The translations under genes were made by a program, and so were the position numbers. A stretch of 64,000 bases of DNA from Octopus sinensis. Taxonomy: Eukaryota. The DNA lies in the NCBI RefSeq assembly GCF_006345805.1, contig NC_043005.1:2418001-2482000 (forward strand), given 5' to 3'. Shown piece by piece: positions 25,156-38,044 of this stretch; within the stretch, counting starts at the first letter, position 1, and every line of letters starts with the position of its first letter. The notes under the pieces were generated by a model. That model saw only the letters and a program-made list of their open reading frames with translations. It was not told where the DNA came from and made no database searches.

Positions 25156-25750
25156 CTCCGTGGGTCACGAATTACCATGAGTATACCTACGTTCCTCTTT
25201 GAGGTAAAAACGTGGGCGGAAAATCGCCTCACCAGTGAACGCACATCCTAGGGCTGTTTTTACGGAAAACTAGCAGAGTCACCCATGCATACCTGCCTGC
25301 CCTCTCCACGTGACCGATGTTAACCAAAGGAAAGGCAAAAGGGGCCGATATGGTTTGGTACCATTGACATCGCAACTCATTTTTACAGCTCAGTGAAGTG
25401 GAGCAACGAGGAATAAAGTGTCTTGCTCAAGGACACAAAACGCAGCCCGTTCCAGGATCCGAATTCACAACCTCACGATCGTAAGCTCGACGTTCTACCC
25501 ACTGAGCCATGCACCTTCACATTTGTGTGTGTGTACATGTGTGCGTGTGTCTTTGTTTGTCCCCCACCATCGCTTGACAACCGATGCTGGTGTGTTTAAG
25601 TGCCCGTAATCTAGAGGTTCAGCAAAAGATACCGATAGAATAAGTACTAGGCTTCCAAAGAGTAAGTTCTGGGGTCGATTTGCTCGATTAAAGGTGGTGC
25701 TCCAGCATGGCTGCAGTGAAGTGACTGAAACAAGTAAAAGAATAAAAGAA
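25005..25750 (+). mobile_element. SINE family A interrupted at its internal microsatellite by a family C SINE
   Basis: Head fragment 25005-25088, then (TA)n, the insert, then tail 25521-25750 ending gtgactgaaacaagtaaaagaataaaag. Confidence 0.85.
25152..25520 (-). mobile_element. tRNA-derived SINE, family C (nested)
   Basis: Reverse complement head gtgaaggtgcaTGGCTCAGTGGgtagaacg...gtgtccttgagcaagacac is homologous to the head at 42582. Confidence 0.75.
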
Positions 25751-25813
25751 TATGCCTCTATATAAATTTATATATATATATATATATATAATATATATAG
25801 AGAGATTAGATAT

Positions 25814-25884
<71 letters not shown>

Positions 25885-25909
25885 GAGACAGACAGAGATA
25901 TATGGATAT

Positions 25910-27120
25910 ATGGAGGTCGAGGTTTGATCCAGCTTGAACTTACATACAAAACCACCACAATCGGACTGGCCAAATACCTTGAAGCAACCAACGATTGCAT
26001 GCTAAACTTGTTGAAAAACATGAAAGACTGAAAAGACTTCACTCTATTCTCAAAGAGAGCAAAGAATTCGCTGCTGATCTCTTAGATACCCACCAGATTG
26101 ATCAGGCTGAAGGAAATGCGCCAACTGCAGCTGCAAAGAAAATAAAATTAATTGCAAAGACAAAAGCACATGAAAATTTAGCTAGCAGATGGGAACAGAA
26201 ACCTCTCCATGGTAAGTATGTGGCCCGTAGCAAACAAGCTGATGTCGACCAGAAACACACGCACCAATGGTTACGAAGCTCAGGGCTAAAAGCAGAGAGT
26301 GAATGTTTCATATTAGCTGCTCAAGACCAAAGCTTATTAACCCGGAACTACCAAGCCATGTGATAAAAAATGGAGCTGACCCAAAATGCCGATTCTGTAA
26401 CGATGAGATTGAAACAATAGACCACCTAATCTCAGGGTGTAGAGTCTTAGCACCTGCAGAATATAAAGTAAGACATGACAGAGTCGGCCAGTATTTACAT
26501 TGGACAATATGTCGGCATTATAAAATCAAAACCGCTGACAAATGGTATAAAAATCATCCTGAAGCTGTGACTGAGGGAGAAAAAGTGTCGATTCTATGGG
26601 ACTTACCCTGTACAGACCGACAGGACTATAAAAGCTAATAAACCGGATATTATTATAAAAAGATCAGACAAAAGGATGTGTTTATTAATTGACATGAGTA
26701 TTCCCTGATCACAATATAGCGGCGAAAGAATTTGACAAGATTAGTAAATATAAAGACCTGCTAATGGAAATTGAAAAAATGTGGCATCTCAAGGCGACTA
26801 CAGTACCAGTGATTGTAGGATCTCTAGGAATGATAAAAAGAGGTACTGAAACCTATTTGAAAATGATTCCAGACTTACTATCCCTACAGGAAGTGCAAAA
26901 AATCGTATTAACTGGAACGGCTCATGTACTGAGTAGAGCACTATCGCTGTGAAAATAACATCCATCCATGAATTTATTGATTTATTAATTTTTAAATACA
27001 TATTTTGTCTGTGAAGTTGCGCGTGTAATCTGGGAATGCATACAATGCCCTTCTCTGCCCTAGGTGTATGGAAAACACTCGGCGAAAAACGGAAGAAAAT
27101 TTGATGAAAGAAGAAAAAAA
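25910..27120 (+). mobile_element. 5'-truncated R4/Dong-like element (subfamily alpha)
   Basis: WEQKPLHGKY, WLRSSGLKAESE, CRFCNDEIETIDHLISGC (CCHC knuckle), RHD, ILWD, EIEKMWHLK...PVIVGSLG. The 3' UTR is followed by (AAT)n at ~27128-27192. Confidence 0.9.
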
Positions 27121-27125
27121 AAAAA

Positions 27126-27182
<57 letters not shown>

Positions 27183-27379
27183 TAATAATAATGTCAAAGG
27201 TGCAATACTCAGTCACGACATTTGTCTTCTGAAAAACGAGAAAAAACATTGTCGGAATTTTGGATTATTTATTTTTTTAGTTGTGTGTTTGTGTATCTAA
27301 TGAATAGATGTGCATCAAGAGGTACGTCTTAAGGAGGTGTGTATCTTTTTATACATATACATGTGTGTGTGTGTGTGTG

Positions 27380-27415
<36 letters not shown>

Positions 27416-27782
27416 GATGTGGATGTACGTGAGTATGTAAGCATATATGTATTCACGACCTCCTGCAGTGTCACATTCCAATAAATTAAATCAGTAAAAA
27501 AGCAAAAAATAATAAGTATTATTAATGATTTTGTATTATTGTAGATGTCGCTTTGTATGTGTGTGTGTGTATGTATATATATATATATATAATGTGGTTT
27601 TAGAGTCAAGTTTTGGCTGTTATTTCCAGCGTGGTAGTATCTCTTACATATCCTTAATAAATAATTCATATATATATATATATATACATACATGCATTTA
27701 TATATATACATATATACATGTATATATGAACATACATATATACATACATACACTTATATATATATCTATAATATTAATTCAT

Positions 27783-27820
<38 letters not shown>

Positions 27821-27846
27821 TATATATACATTTATTATATAGAAGG

Positions 27847-27897
27847 AGCTTCTACAGGACTAGACCTGTTTCATTCAAGAGAAATCTTCAGGAAGCT
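27847..27897 (-). ncRNA. Type-I hammerhead ribozyme motif (left arm of the palindrome)
   Basis: AGCTTC CTGAAGA tttc tctt gaat GAAAC AGG tctagt CCT GTA GAAGCT: 6-bp stem I, 5-bp stem III, GUA triplet. Stem II is short, with a U-U closing pair. Confidence 0.75.
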
Positions 27898-29819
27898 AGT
27901 TAACAAGAATTGTATTGGCATTTATACATTAGGCAGTTTAACGGGGTGTTGGTGGGGGACTTTTTTGGGGGTAGGCATAGCACAAAATATCATACTTGGG
28001 GGAGTGGTCAAGGAGTCAGTGTTAAATTAGATAGAAGAATAAATAAAAAAAAAAAAAATAAAAAATAAAAACCCTATATATAAAAAACAAACAAAAAAAC
28101 CCATATATAAAAGGGGGTTAGAGTTTTAGTTAATAAGGAGATTCTCACTTTACCTATGCACACATGTATACATACATACACACACATGCAAACAATATAC
28201 ACATACATACACACACATACACACACATATATATACTATAATATACACTTACACATACACATGCATATACATATCTACACATACACATATATGTTACACA
28301 CACACACTCACATGCATACACTATACACACATGTATATATACACACACGACCTCACATACATATACGCACAGAAAAATATTATACACATACACACACATA
28401 CTCACATACACGCATACACACACATATCCACACACACACATGCACACACAGCACACTAGTCCCTATATACACATATACACATACACACACATATACACAC
28501 ACAACATACATATGCATACATGTATACATATACATATGTGTACCTATGCAAACCTACACATACACACATATATATACACATACTAATACAGACCCATTCC
28601 CTAATTTTAATTTTATTATCTTCGTTTATTACTTTTGTTATCTTGGCCGTTGGTCACAAGCATCTTGGCTATGACAGCCAGTCCCTTCATCTGTCTACTG
28701 GAAACCAAGCACTCATTCACTCACGCACACTCTTTAGCACGTACTCTCCACCATTTATCGTACACTCATACACATACACGCACGCACGCGTTATAATCAT
28801 ACATACATCCATCTACATACATTCACGTATATACACATCCTACGCGTACCTACAGATTTATGTCTACACTCTTAGAAGGCTAGTCATATATATATACACC
28901 AATAAATATAAATCACACACTACATATACACCGTGTATGAGTGTACGAATGAGTGAGAGTACGTGCTAAAGAGTGTGCGTGAGTGAATGAGTGCTTGTTT
29001 CCATAGACAGATGAATGGACTGCGTCATAGCCAAGATGCTTGTGACCAAGCGGCCAAAGATACAAAAGTAATAAACGAAGATAATAAAATTAAAATTAGG
29101 GAATGGGTCTGTATTAGTATGTGTATATATATGTGTGTATGTGTAGGTTTGCATAGGTACACATATGTATATGTATACATGTATGCATATGTATGTATGT
29201 GTGTGTATATGTGTGTGTATGTGTATATATGTGTATATAGGGACTAGTGTGCTGTGTGTGCATTGTGTGTGTGGATATGTGTGTGTATGCGTGTATGTGA
29301 GTATGTGTGTGTATGTGTATATATATTTTTCTGTGCGTATATGTATGTGAGGTCGTGTGTGTATATATACATGTGTGTATACGTGTATGCATGTGAGTGT
29401 GTGTGGGTGTATACATATATGTGTATGTGTAGATATGTATATGCATGTGTATGTGTAGTGTATATATATGTATATATATGTGTGTGTATGTATGTGTGTA
29501 TGTATGTGTATATATGTTTGCATGTGTGTGTATGTATGTATACATGTGTGCATAGGTATAAGTGAGAATCTCCTTATTTACCTAAAACTCTACCCCCCTT
29601 TTTATATATGGGTTTTTTTTGTTTGTTTTTTATATATAGGTTTTTTTATTTTTTATTTTTTTATTTTTTTATTTATTCTTCTATCTAATTTAACACTGAC
29701 TCCTTGACCACTCCCCCAAGTATGATATTTTGTGCTATGCCTACCCCCAAAAAAGTCCCCCACCAACACCCCGTTAAACCTGCCTAAATGTATAAATGCC
29801 AATACAATTCTTGTTAACT

Positions 29820-29870
29820 AGCTTCCTGAAGATTTCTCTTGAATGAAACAGTTCTAGTCCTGTAGAAGCT
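29820..29870 (+). ncRNA. Type-I hammerhead ribozyme motif (right arm of the palindrome)
   Basis: AGCTTC CTGAAGA tttctcttgaat GAAAC AG ttctagtc CT GTA GAAGCT. Confidence 0.72.
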
Positions 29871-30029
29871 CCTTCTATATAATAAATTAATTTTACTCTG
29901 CTATGTATTGAGTACCTTATTTACTGTGGTTAACCCCGAATCAACCCGGGACCTACATATATATATATACATATATATATATATGTGTATGGTGTTTTTC
30001 TACTCCTTATGCAGTTTGACCACCACCTG

Positions 30030-30737
<708 letters not shown>

Positions 30738-31363
30738 TAAGTAGATTGATTTTATATGGTGACTGAAAGCGTCAGCATAACTTGGTCTATAGTAAGGTAT
30801 GCGAAACCATACAATGTAATTTCCAAGATATTCCGTCTCTGTTCCGAGGAATCCCTGTCTACTCTGTGGATTAACGAGATCATTAACAGCATTTTTGAAA
30901 ACCTCTCGAGATGCCTACACTCATATAAATGTACTTTCACCCAATGCAGGGAGAATGAATTTTGAGTAACCGTTAACTTAGTGTAATTTTATTTTAAGGT
31001 ATGGATTACTTAAGTTTACTTTTAACCTCCCCATTCTTACAAACACCAAGTAGATGGCTAACTCCCTTCGTAATCATGAGTGCACCAAACCTCACGTGTG
31101 CGTATGCTCACATTTTCGCGGATGCTTGTATGAGCGACTGTACTCGCGCCATGCAGCTTGCCCGAGGGCGTTTATACATCCTTATTGGTTAACGGTTATT
31201 TTTAATACTCTTCTCGCTGTATTGCGTGTTCGTTTCTCCTTTTTTCCATCTGTGATTTTATTTTTGATCTTTGAAGAAGATATTTCCTCTACCTGGCTGC
31301 ATTTCTTTCTACAAAACGAGAAGCTGCATTGCGGACTATCATTTTAACGAGCTGTATCTATAT

Positions 31364-31588
31364 ATCACCTGACGAAATACCTCACCGCCGCCGGATGCTC
31401 CTGAACCAATTGTTGAGTGTCCCACCCAAGAGGAATCGATGCTAGATGTGTCGAAACAATTGTCCTGATTAATAATAAATTCTCGTATATTCCGTATTCC
31501 GTCTTTCATTTGCCATAAATACACAGGTCGGAATGATTTAGACTCTATTGATGAGAACCCAATAAGGTTCGAAAATCGATTCAGGTTG
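31364..31588 (+). ncRNA. Two tandem degenerate hammerhead motifs (PLE pLTR-like)
   Basis: First: atca c CTGACGA [77-nt stem II region] GAAAC AATT GTC c tgat (31364-31469). Second: TTGATGA gaacc caataa ggttc GAAA ATCGAT TC aggtt (31542-31588). Confidence 0.5.
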
Positions 31589-31656
31589 TTCCTCATTTCT
31601 TCAGTCTGCTGCGGCGAATAGCTAAAATTTCCCTGTTTATAATTATACCCATATGT

Positions 31657-31693
<37 letters not shown>

Positions 31694-31727
31694 CATACAT
31701 ACATATATATATATATAATATATATAT

Positions 31728-31783
<56 letters not shown>

Positions 31784-31800
31784 TATATATATATATATAC

Positions 31801-31834
<34 letters not shown>

Positions 31835-31942
31835 TTCCTCAAGCGTTAAAAGATATATGTATGTATGCATGTATATATATATATATATATATATGTATGC
31901 ATGTATATATATATGTATGTGTATATATATATATATATATAT

Positions 31943-32770
31943 CCTCGAACGTTAAAAGAAGGAATAATCCACCCTGTCCACAAAGGAGGAAGCAGAGCAG
32001 ATGCTATAAACTACAGGCCTATCTCTCTGACTTCGAATCGCAAGATCATGGAACGCATTGTCAGAGAAAGACTGACCATGTTCCTAGAGGAAAATGACTT
32101 GCTTACAGACACGCAAGAGCAGCCAAACACAGCTTCGACCGGGTACTAAAACAACAGCTCAACCATTCAAATGTGGATGTAATATATCTCCACTTTGCCA
32201 AGGCCTTTGACAAAGTCGATCATAGGATATGTCACAAAATGCGTGACCTCGGTATCGCTGTAGAATGGGAGTGTGGCTGCATGATTTTCTGAAGGGCAGA
32301 AGTCAAGCTGTCACAGCAAATGGTGCTTTGAAGTGACACCTATCCTCAGTGGAGTCCCCCGTGGAACCATGCTGGGACCACTACTATTTGTGGTTGCTCT
32401 CTCGGACATGCCCTCAAGCAGTGTCAGCCACACTCACTAGCTACGCCAATCTTACAAAAGTATCGCAGGCGGTCAAGCATCCTACTGACAGCCTAAGACT
32501 GCAGAATGGCCTGAACGCGGTACACAAATGGGATGATGAGAATAATATGCAGTTCAATGGCGCCAAATTTCAAGCACTCTGCTATCAGCCCACAAACTAC
32601 AGCTGATGTACACGGGACCAGCAGGCAATCCCAAAATTTGAGTCGGTGCTTAACCTGGGAATCCACATGAGCAACAACGCAACTTTCCATGTGCACCTTT
32701 CTCAGATGGCAACACTATGCAGGCAGGTGGCAGTTTGGTTCCTTAGATCCTTAAGGACCAGGAACAGAGA
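31943..32770 (+). mobile_element. CR1/L2-like LINE reverse transcriptase fragment
   Basis: [71 protein letters not shown]; multiple frameshifts. Confidence 0.85.
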
Positions 32771-33029
32771 CACAATGGGGTTATATTTTAAGTAAGGTTT
32801 CAGCAAAACACGGCGTGGTTAAGGAACCGGCAAATGAACCTCAAGAAAAACGTGTGGCCGAGATATAAGTAGCAAGTATTTAAATTTAAAATCTTTTATT
32901 TGGTGGGATGAAGGGGCCTACTATCTCTAAATGAAAAAATATATATTTCCTCATTGAAAATAATTTGAACTCCTGTGATGCCGGAATTTTTATTCCTAAC
33001 AAATAAAATTAAATATATATATATATATT

Positions 33030-33064
<35 letters not shown>

Positions 33065-33165
33065 CATATATATACATATATACATATATTTATATATATA
33101 TATATATTATATATATACACATACTTACATGTATATGCATATACATACATATATATATATATATA

Positions 33166-33196
<31 letters not shown>

Positions 33197-33584
33197 TCAC
33201 TAATTATATTGCAATGGAAGTGTGTCAGTTCCCCGTTGTAGAAAGTGCGACTAAAGCTTTGACTCCAAATAATAATTAAATAAATGAAATTAACAGTTCC
33301 TGTGTGTTTTTGAATAACTAATATGACTTTCCGTTATACTATTGAACTCATGAATTAATTTAGTACAATCTATGTAATCAATACTAGTTTATGATTGGTT
33401 CACATTTTATCGAACTTTGCCGATACTAGATAAAATTTGAACTGAAAAGACTTAAAAAGCACTGAAATAGTTACCGTAAAATTTAGTTTAACCATCAACA
33501 TTAACCCCACAGGCCAACAAGAGAATCTGTACTTGGTATTGCGACCAGCTGCTAGCAGCAGGCTATTTCTCTCAAATCCGACCC

Positions 33585-33741
33585 GGGTGTGGTTGTGTGG
33601 AAATAAGCTTGCTTCCCAACCACATGGTTCTGGGTTCAATCCCACTGTGTGACACCTTGGAAGAGTGTCTTCTACTATAGCCTCAGGCTGACTAAAACCT
33701 TGTGAGTAGATTTGGCAGACAGAAACCAAAAGCTCGTCGTG

Positions 33742-33791
<50 letters not shown>

Positions 33792-33886
33792 GAGAGGAGA
33801 GACAGACAGACAGAGAGACAGAGAGACAGAGAGACAGAGACAGAGACAGAGACAGACAGATAGACAGACAGACATAGGTATCTGTT

Positions 33887-33936
<50 letters not shown>

Positions 33937-34150
33937 TTTGCCGCTGTGTTTGTCACCAACACCGCTTGACAACCAGTGTTGGAGTGTTTACGAACCTGTA
34001 ACCTAGTGGTTCGGCAAAAGAAACCGATAGAATAAGTACCAAGCTTTAAAAAGATATGCACTAGAGTAGACCCATTGAACTGAAAGTTCTTCAAGGGGGT
34101 GCCCCAGCATGGCCGCAATCTAATGCCTGAAACAAGTAAAAGATAGAAGA
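33585..34150 (+). mobile_element. Full-length SINE family A with internal microsatellite
   Basis: tRNA-like head (B box GGTTCAATCCC), (GATA)n/(GACA)n/(TG)n centre, and a tail ending ctgaaacaagtaaaagatag. Confidence 0.85.
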
Positions 34151-34850
34151 TCCTGTTTTAAAAATCAAAGCCTATGGATGATTAAGTTGTAAGTGTAGTC
34201 TATCCGGAATAGGATGCCCCGGATTGGGAACCCTTTGAACTGTTTATTCAAGCAAAGCTGACTCGGAACTAAACGACATTTCCAATCTCGAAATAGCTTT
34301 AGGTTTATACATTTTTATGTTTCAGTTTGCAAGTTTGTAGAGAGGATCTAAAATTCCCCACAGTTTCTTCATAGTCCACAAATTCCCATTCCAGATATTT
34401 TAAGTGCTTCATCTTTGTTATTCTAACCCGAACAGAACGTGGTTTCCCTCCCGATCCTTTAATACCTGAAGGACGACATTTATCAGTTTCATTTATCACA
34501 AATATGAAAAATCAAATGAATAGTTTGGGGTATAAAATGCTCGTAGTGCTTTTATGGTTTGGTAATAAACGATTCACAAATGGGAATCTGTCCTAATTAC
34601 ATTTGTACTAATTGTAATGTGTCTTAATTACACTTGCCTCAACAGTAGAAACGTAACGGGCTGCTAAACATCCATTAAAAGATGGAGAACCAAAACATAA
34701 AAAAAAAATTTGAAAGGAAAATCAGAAGAAGGCAAACAAGTGAATTCGATTAATGAACGAATGGCGACTAGAGAAGACGAGAAGAGGCTGTTGTTGAACG
34801 AAGACACTCGCTCGCCTCAATCGTTCATGCTGCTTAATTGTTTAAATATA

Positions 34851-35090
34851 AGGCGGCGAGAGCTGGCAGAAACGTTAGCACGCCGGGCGAAATGCGTAGC
34901 CGTATTTCGGCTGCCGTTACGTTCTGAGTTCAAATTCTGCCGAGGTCCACTTTGCCTTTCAGCCTTTCGGAGTCGATAAATTAAGTACCAGTTCCGCACT
35001 GGGGTCGATCTAATCGACTTAATCCGTTTGTCTGTCCTTGTTTGTCCCCTCTGTGTTTATCCCCTTGTGGATAGTAAAGAAATAGGTACT
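34851..35090 (+). mobile_element. Full-length SINE family B
   Basis: aggcggcgagctggcagaaacgttagcacgccgggcg...GAGTTCAAATTC...gtaaagaaatagg. Confidence 0.9.
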
Positions 35091-36580
35091 TAATTGTTTA
35101 AATGTAAAGATGGTGAATCTGAACAATGTCACAGCCAGTGGTGCTGGAAAGTCAAGAGTGTAGGTTCAATTCGTGAACAGGGAAATACTTAAAATAACTT
35201 TATGGCTAACGATATGAAGGTTGATTGGCATAAGATATTATGTGGTCGAGTGATTTGATGGTCCTGGCGAACAAGAGAAGAATAGGAACACAACAGCAAT
35301 TATCCCTTATTGTCAAACCCCAGGTCAGATAAGTTCAAGTAAACTCACCACTGAATGTTTTCCACTTCCGATCGTCACGATTTCTTTTATAGATTAGACA
35401 TCTCTCTAGCGTTACATTAACCGATGTGTACTTCTTCAATTTTAAGATCCGAGGGAAATTAGACAGTTATTTCTAGCGTGTGCAGTGACCACGTAGTTTA
35501 TCCTTTCTTTGCATTGGCTCTTGCAGTTATTACTACGTCAAAGCGACAAACAGAAATGGGAATGCAATTGTCGTGAGTTCAATCACATTGAGACCACGTA
35601 ATTACTGGTGGCGCATTTCACATGGAAAAATAAAAAATTACTGGAACACATCACATTGAAATTTTAAAAGGGTTGAAAAATTGCTGAGGCAAGGAGGGAA
35701 AGCTTTAAAATATATATTTAAAAAATTAAGTTTTAAAATTTTAAATTAGCGAAAATATATATAAAAAAAAACTATTGTTTACCTTAAATTATATCGAGTA
35801 TGAAATAAGCAGAATATCATACTTTGATATAAATACAATATCAACTTTATAAATGTTAATTCAAATCAGACTTGATATGAAATTCGGATAAGAAGAATCA
35901 GAACACTCAACTAAAATGCATAGGAGAGGAGATGAAAAGGTGAATTGATCTCAGCTGTGTCGTCTCGCGCGAAATATTTGTCAGTATTTGTTCATATTCC
36001 CGTTCTGTGTTCAAATACCACTCGGGTAGACATTATCTTTCATCTTTCAAGGGACAATGAAAGAAAGCATTGTATGGGATTCGTACAATTAGTGGTGCAC
36101 CGGACAAAATGCTTTGCTGTATTTGTTCTGAGTTCGCCTGAAACGATTTCGGTGCCAACCTGGATCTAATTTTAACCTTGGACAGCTTCAGTTGCATGCA
36201 GAGTGAAATCTTGATGTCTCATAGCAAATCTTTCCCCGTTTTGGGTCCTACAGACAGAATTTCTTGGTGCCGATTCAAGATCAAACTTCATCGATACACA
36301 CATTTATTTATTTATTTATTTATTAAAGATTAGAATTTTTAATCTGAAACTACGATTCATCGTAGTTTCCAAGTTGAAGATTTTCTCCAAGTATTTTAAA
36401 GTGACACTAAAACCTCTGTGACTGTAAATTAGGGTGGAATTTATTCAGGGTGGAACTTATCTCTCTCTCCTCTCACCTTAACAGTGGAGCACCAGGAAAG
36501 TGACATGTATGGCACATTTGACTGCAGCAGAAAACACTTCAATGTAAATAATTCCAAGAAAACCAAAACAGTTTAACGGA

Positions 36581-36680
36581 NNNNNNNNNNNNNNNNNNNN
36601 NNNNNNNNNNNNNNNNNNNNNNNNNNNNNNNNNNNNNNNNNNNNNNNNNNNNNNNNNNNNNNNNNNNNNNNNNNNNNNNN
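36581..36680. other. Assembly gap (100 N)
   Basis: Run of N. Confidence 1.
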
Positions 36681-36711
36681 AGTATTATTAATTATTATTA
36701 TTATAGTTTCT

Positions 36712-36895
36712 ACTATAGGCACAAGGTCTGAAATTTTGTGAGAGGGCACAGTCGAGTACATCGGTTCCAATACTCAACTGGTACTTAATTTATCGACCCC
36801 GAAAGGATGAAAGGCGAAGTTGACCTCGGCGGAATTTGAACTCAGAACGTAAAGACTGACGAAATACCGCCCGGCGTCTTAACAATTCTGCCAGC
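36712..36895 (-). mobile_element. SINE family B
   Basis: ctggtacttaatttatcgaccccgaaaggatgaaaggcgaagttgacctcggcggaatttgaactcagaacg is the reverse complement of family B. Confidence 0.85.
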
Positions 36896-37139
36896 AGCGA
36901 GCAGACAGAATAAATTAAGCAGACAGCAGGAAGCCTGAAATTGGTTAGAGGATGGGACATTCATCGATTATATCGATCTTTGTAAGCGACTGGTATTGTA
37001 TTTCATTGCTCCCGAAATCATGAAAGCTAACTTGACTTGGGTGGGATCCGAACTCAGAAGGAAAATAGCCGAAACACCACAGCGCAAGGCATTTTTTTTT
37101 CTGTCAGGTCTAACGATTCTATCAGATCAATACTCTAAT

Positions 37140-37180
37140 AATAATATTGACGATGATCATAATAATAATAATAATAATAA

Positions 37181-37211
<31 letters not shown>

Positions 37212-37275
37212 AAGAAAAAGAAGAAGGAGGAGGAGGAGGAGGAGAATAATAATAATATAATAATAAGAAGAAGAA

Positions 37276-37306
<31 letters not shown>

Positions 37307-37353
37307 AAGAAAAAAGAAGAAGGAGGAGGAGGAGGGGGAGAATAATAATAATA

Positions 37354-37384
<31 letters not shown>

Positions 37385-37505
37385 AAGAAAAAAGAAGAAG
37401 AAGAAGAAGAAGAAGAAGAAGAAAGAAGAAGAAGAAGAAGAAGAAGAAGAAGAAGAAGAAGAAGAAGAAGAAGAAGAAGAAGAAGAAGAAGAAGAAGAAA
37501 AGAAG
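37140..37505. repeat. Compound (AAT)n/(AAG)n/(GAG)n microsatellite
   Basis: Alternating trinucleotide blocks. Confidence 0.95.
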
Positions 37506-37509
37506 GCAC

Positions 37510-37967
37510 CGTCGAAAATAGAAATGCAAGGATCCTATGGGATTTTATGATTCAGTGCGACCTTGAGATTGAGAATAGGAAGCCGTACATAGTCTTAATT
37601 AAGAAAGAAAATAAACTATCATAGATATAGCATGCCCAGCTGACAATAAGGTATGCGATAAGGAAGAAAGAAAAGTCGAGAGATATGACAGGTTAGCTTG
37701 GGAGGTTAAGCAGTTGTGGTCGATGAGAAAGGTAGCAGTAGTACCAATAATTGTCGGAGCCCTGGGAAGAAGGAGAAAAAATCTCGAGAAGTACGTGGAA
37801 AAAATAGGGGCTGCAATACGAGTGGAACACTTGCAGAAAACAGTGCTGCTTGGATCCGCTCGAATGCTCCGGAAGGTGCTCGAAAAATAAGAGGTGTTAC
37901 CTTAGTTCACTGGTAGTGAACAGCTGACACTGTAGTACATCTCCAACGTTAGAAGCTGTGCAAAGGC

Positions 37968-37968
<1 letters not shown>
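37510..37968 (+). mobile_element. R4/Dong-like RLE 3' fragment (subfamily delta)
   Basis: KCKILWDFMIQCDLEIENRKPYIVLIKKENK...IDIACPADNKVCDKEERKVERYDRLAWEVKQLWSMRKVAVVPIIVGALG. The 3' UTR ends in (AAT)n. Confidence 0.85.

Positions 37969-38042
<74 letters not shown>

Positions 38043-38044
<2 letters not shown>

Larger units (their letters stand above)
27831..29886. repeat. ~2.05-kb palindrome: two ~0.92-kb inverted arms around a ~0.2-kb spacer
   Basis: 27831-28748 is the reverse complement of 28955-29886, differing mainly by small indels. Both outer ends carry a hammerhead motif. Confidence 0.9.

Noticed and set aside
34305-34499. 64-aa minus-strand ORF as a possible exon
   Set aside because: No recognisable domain and no convincing donor site.
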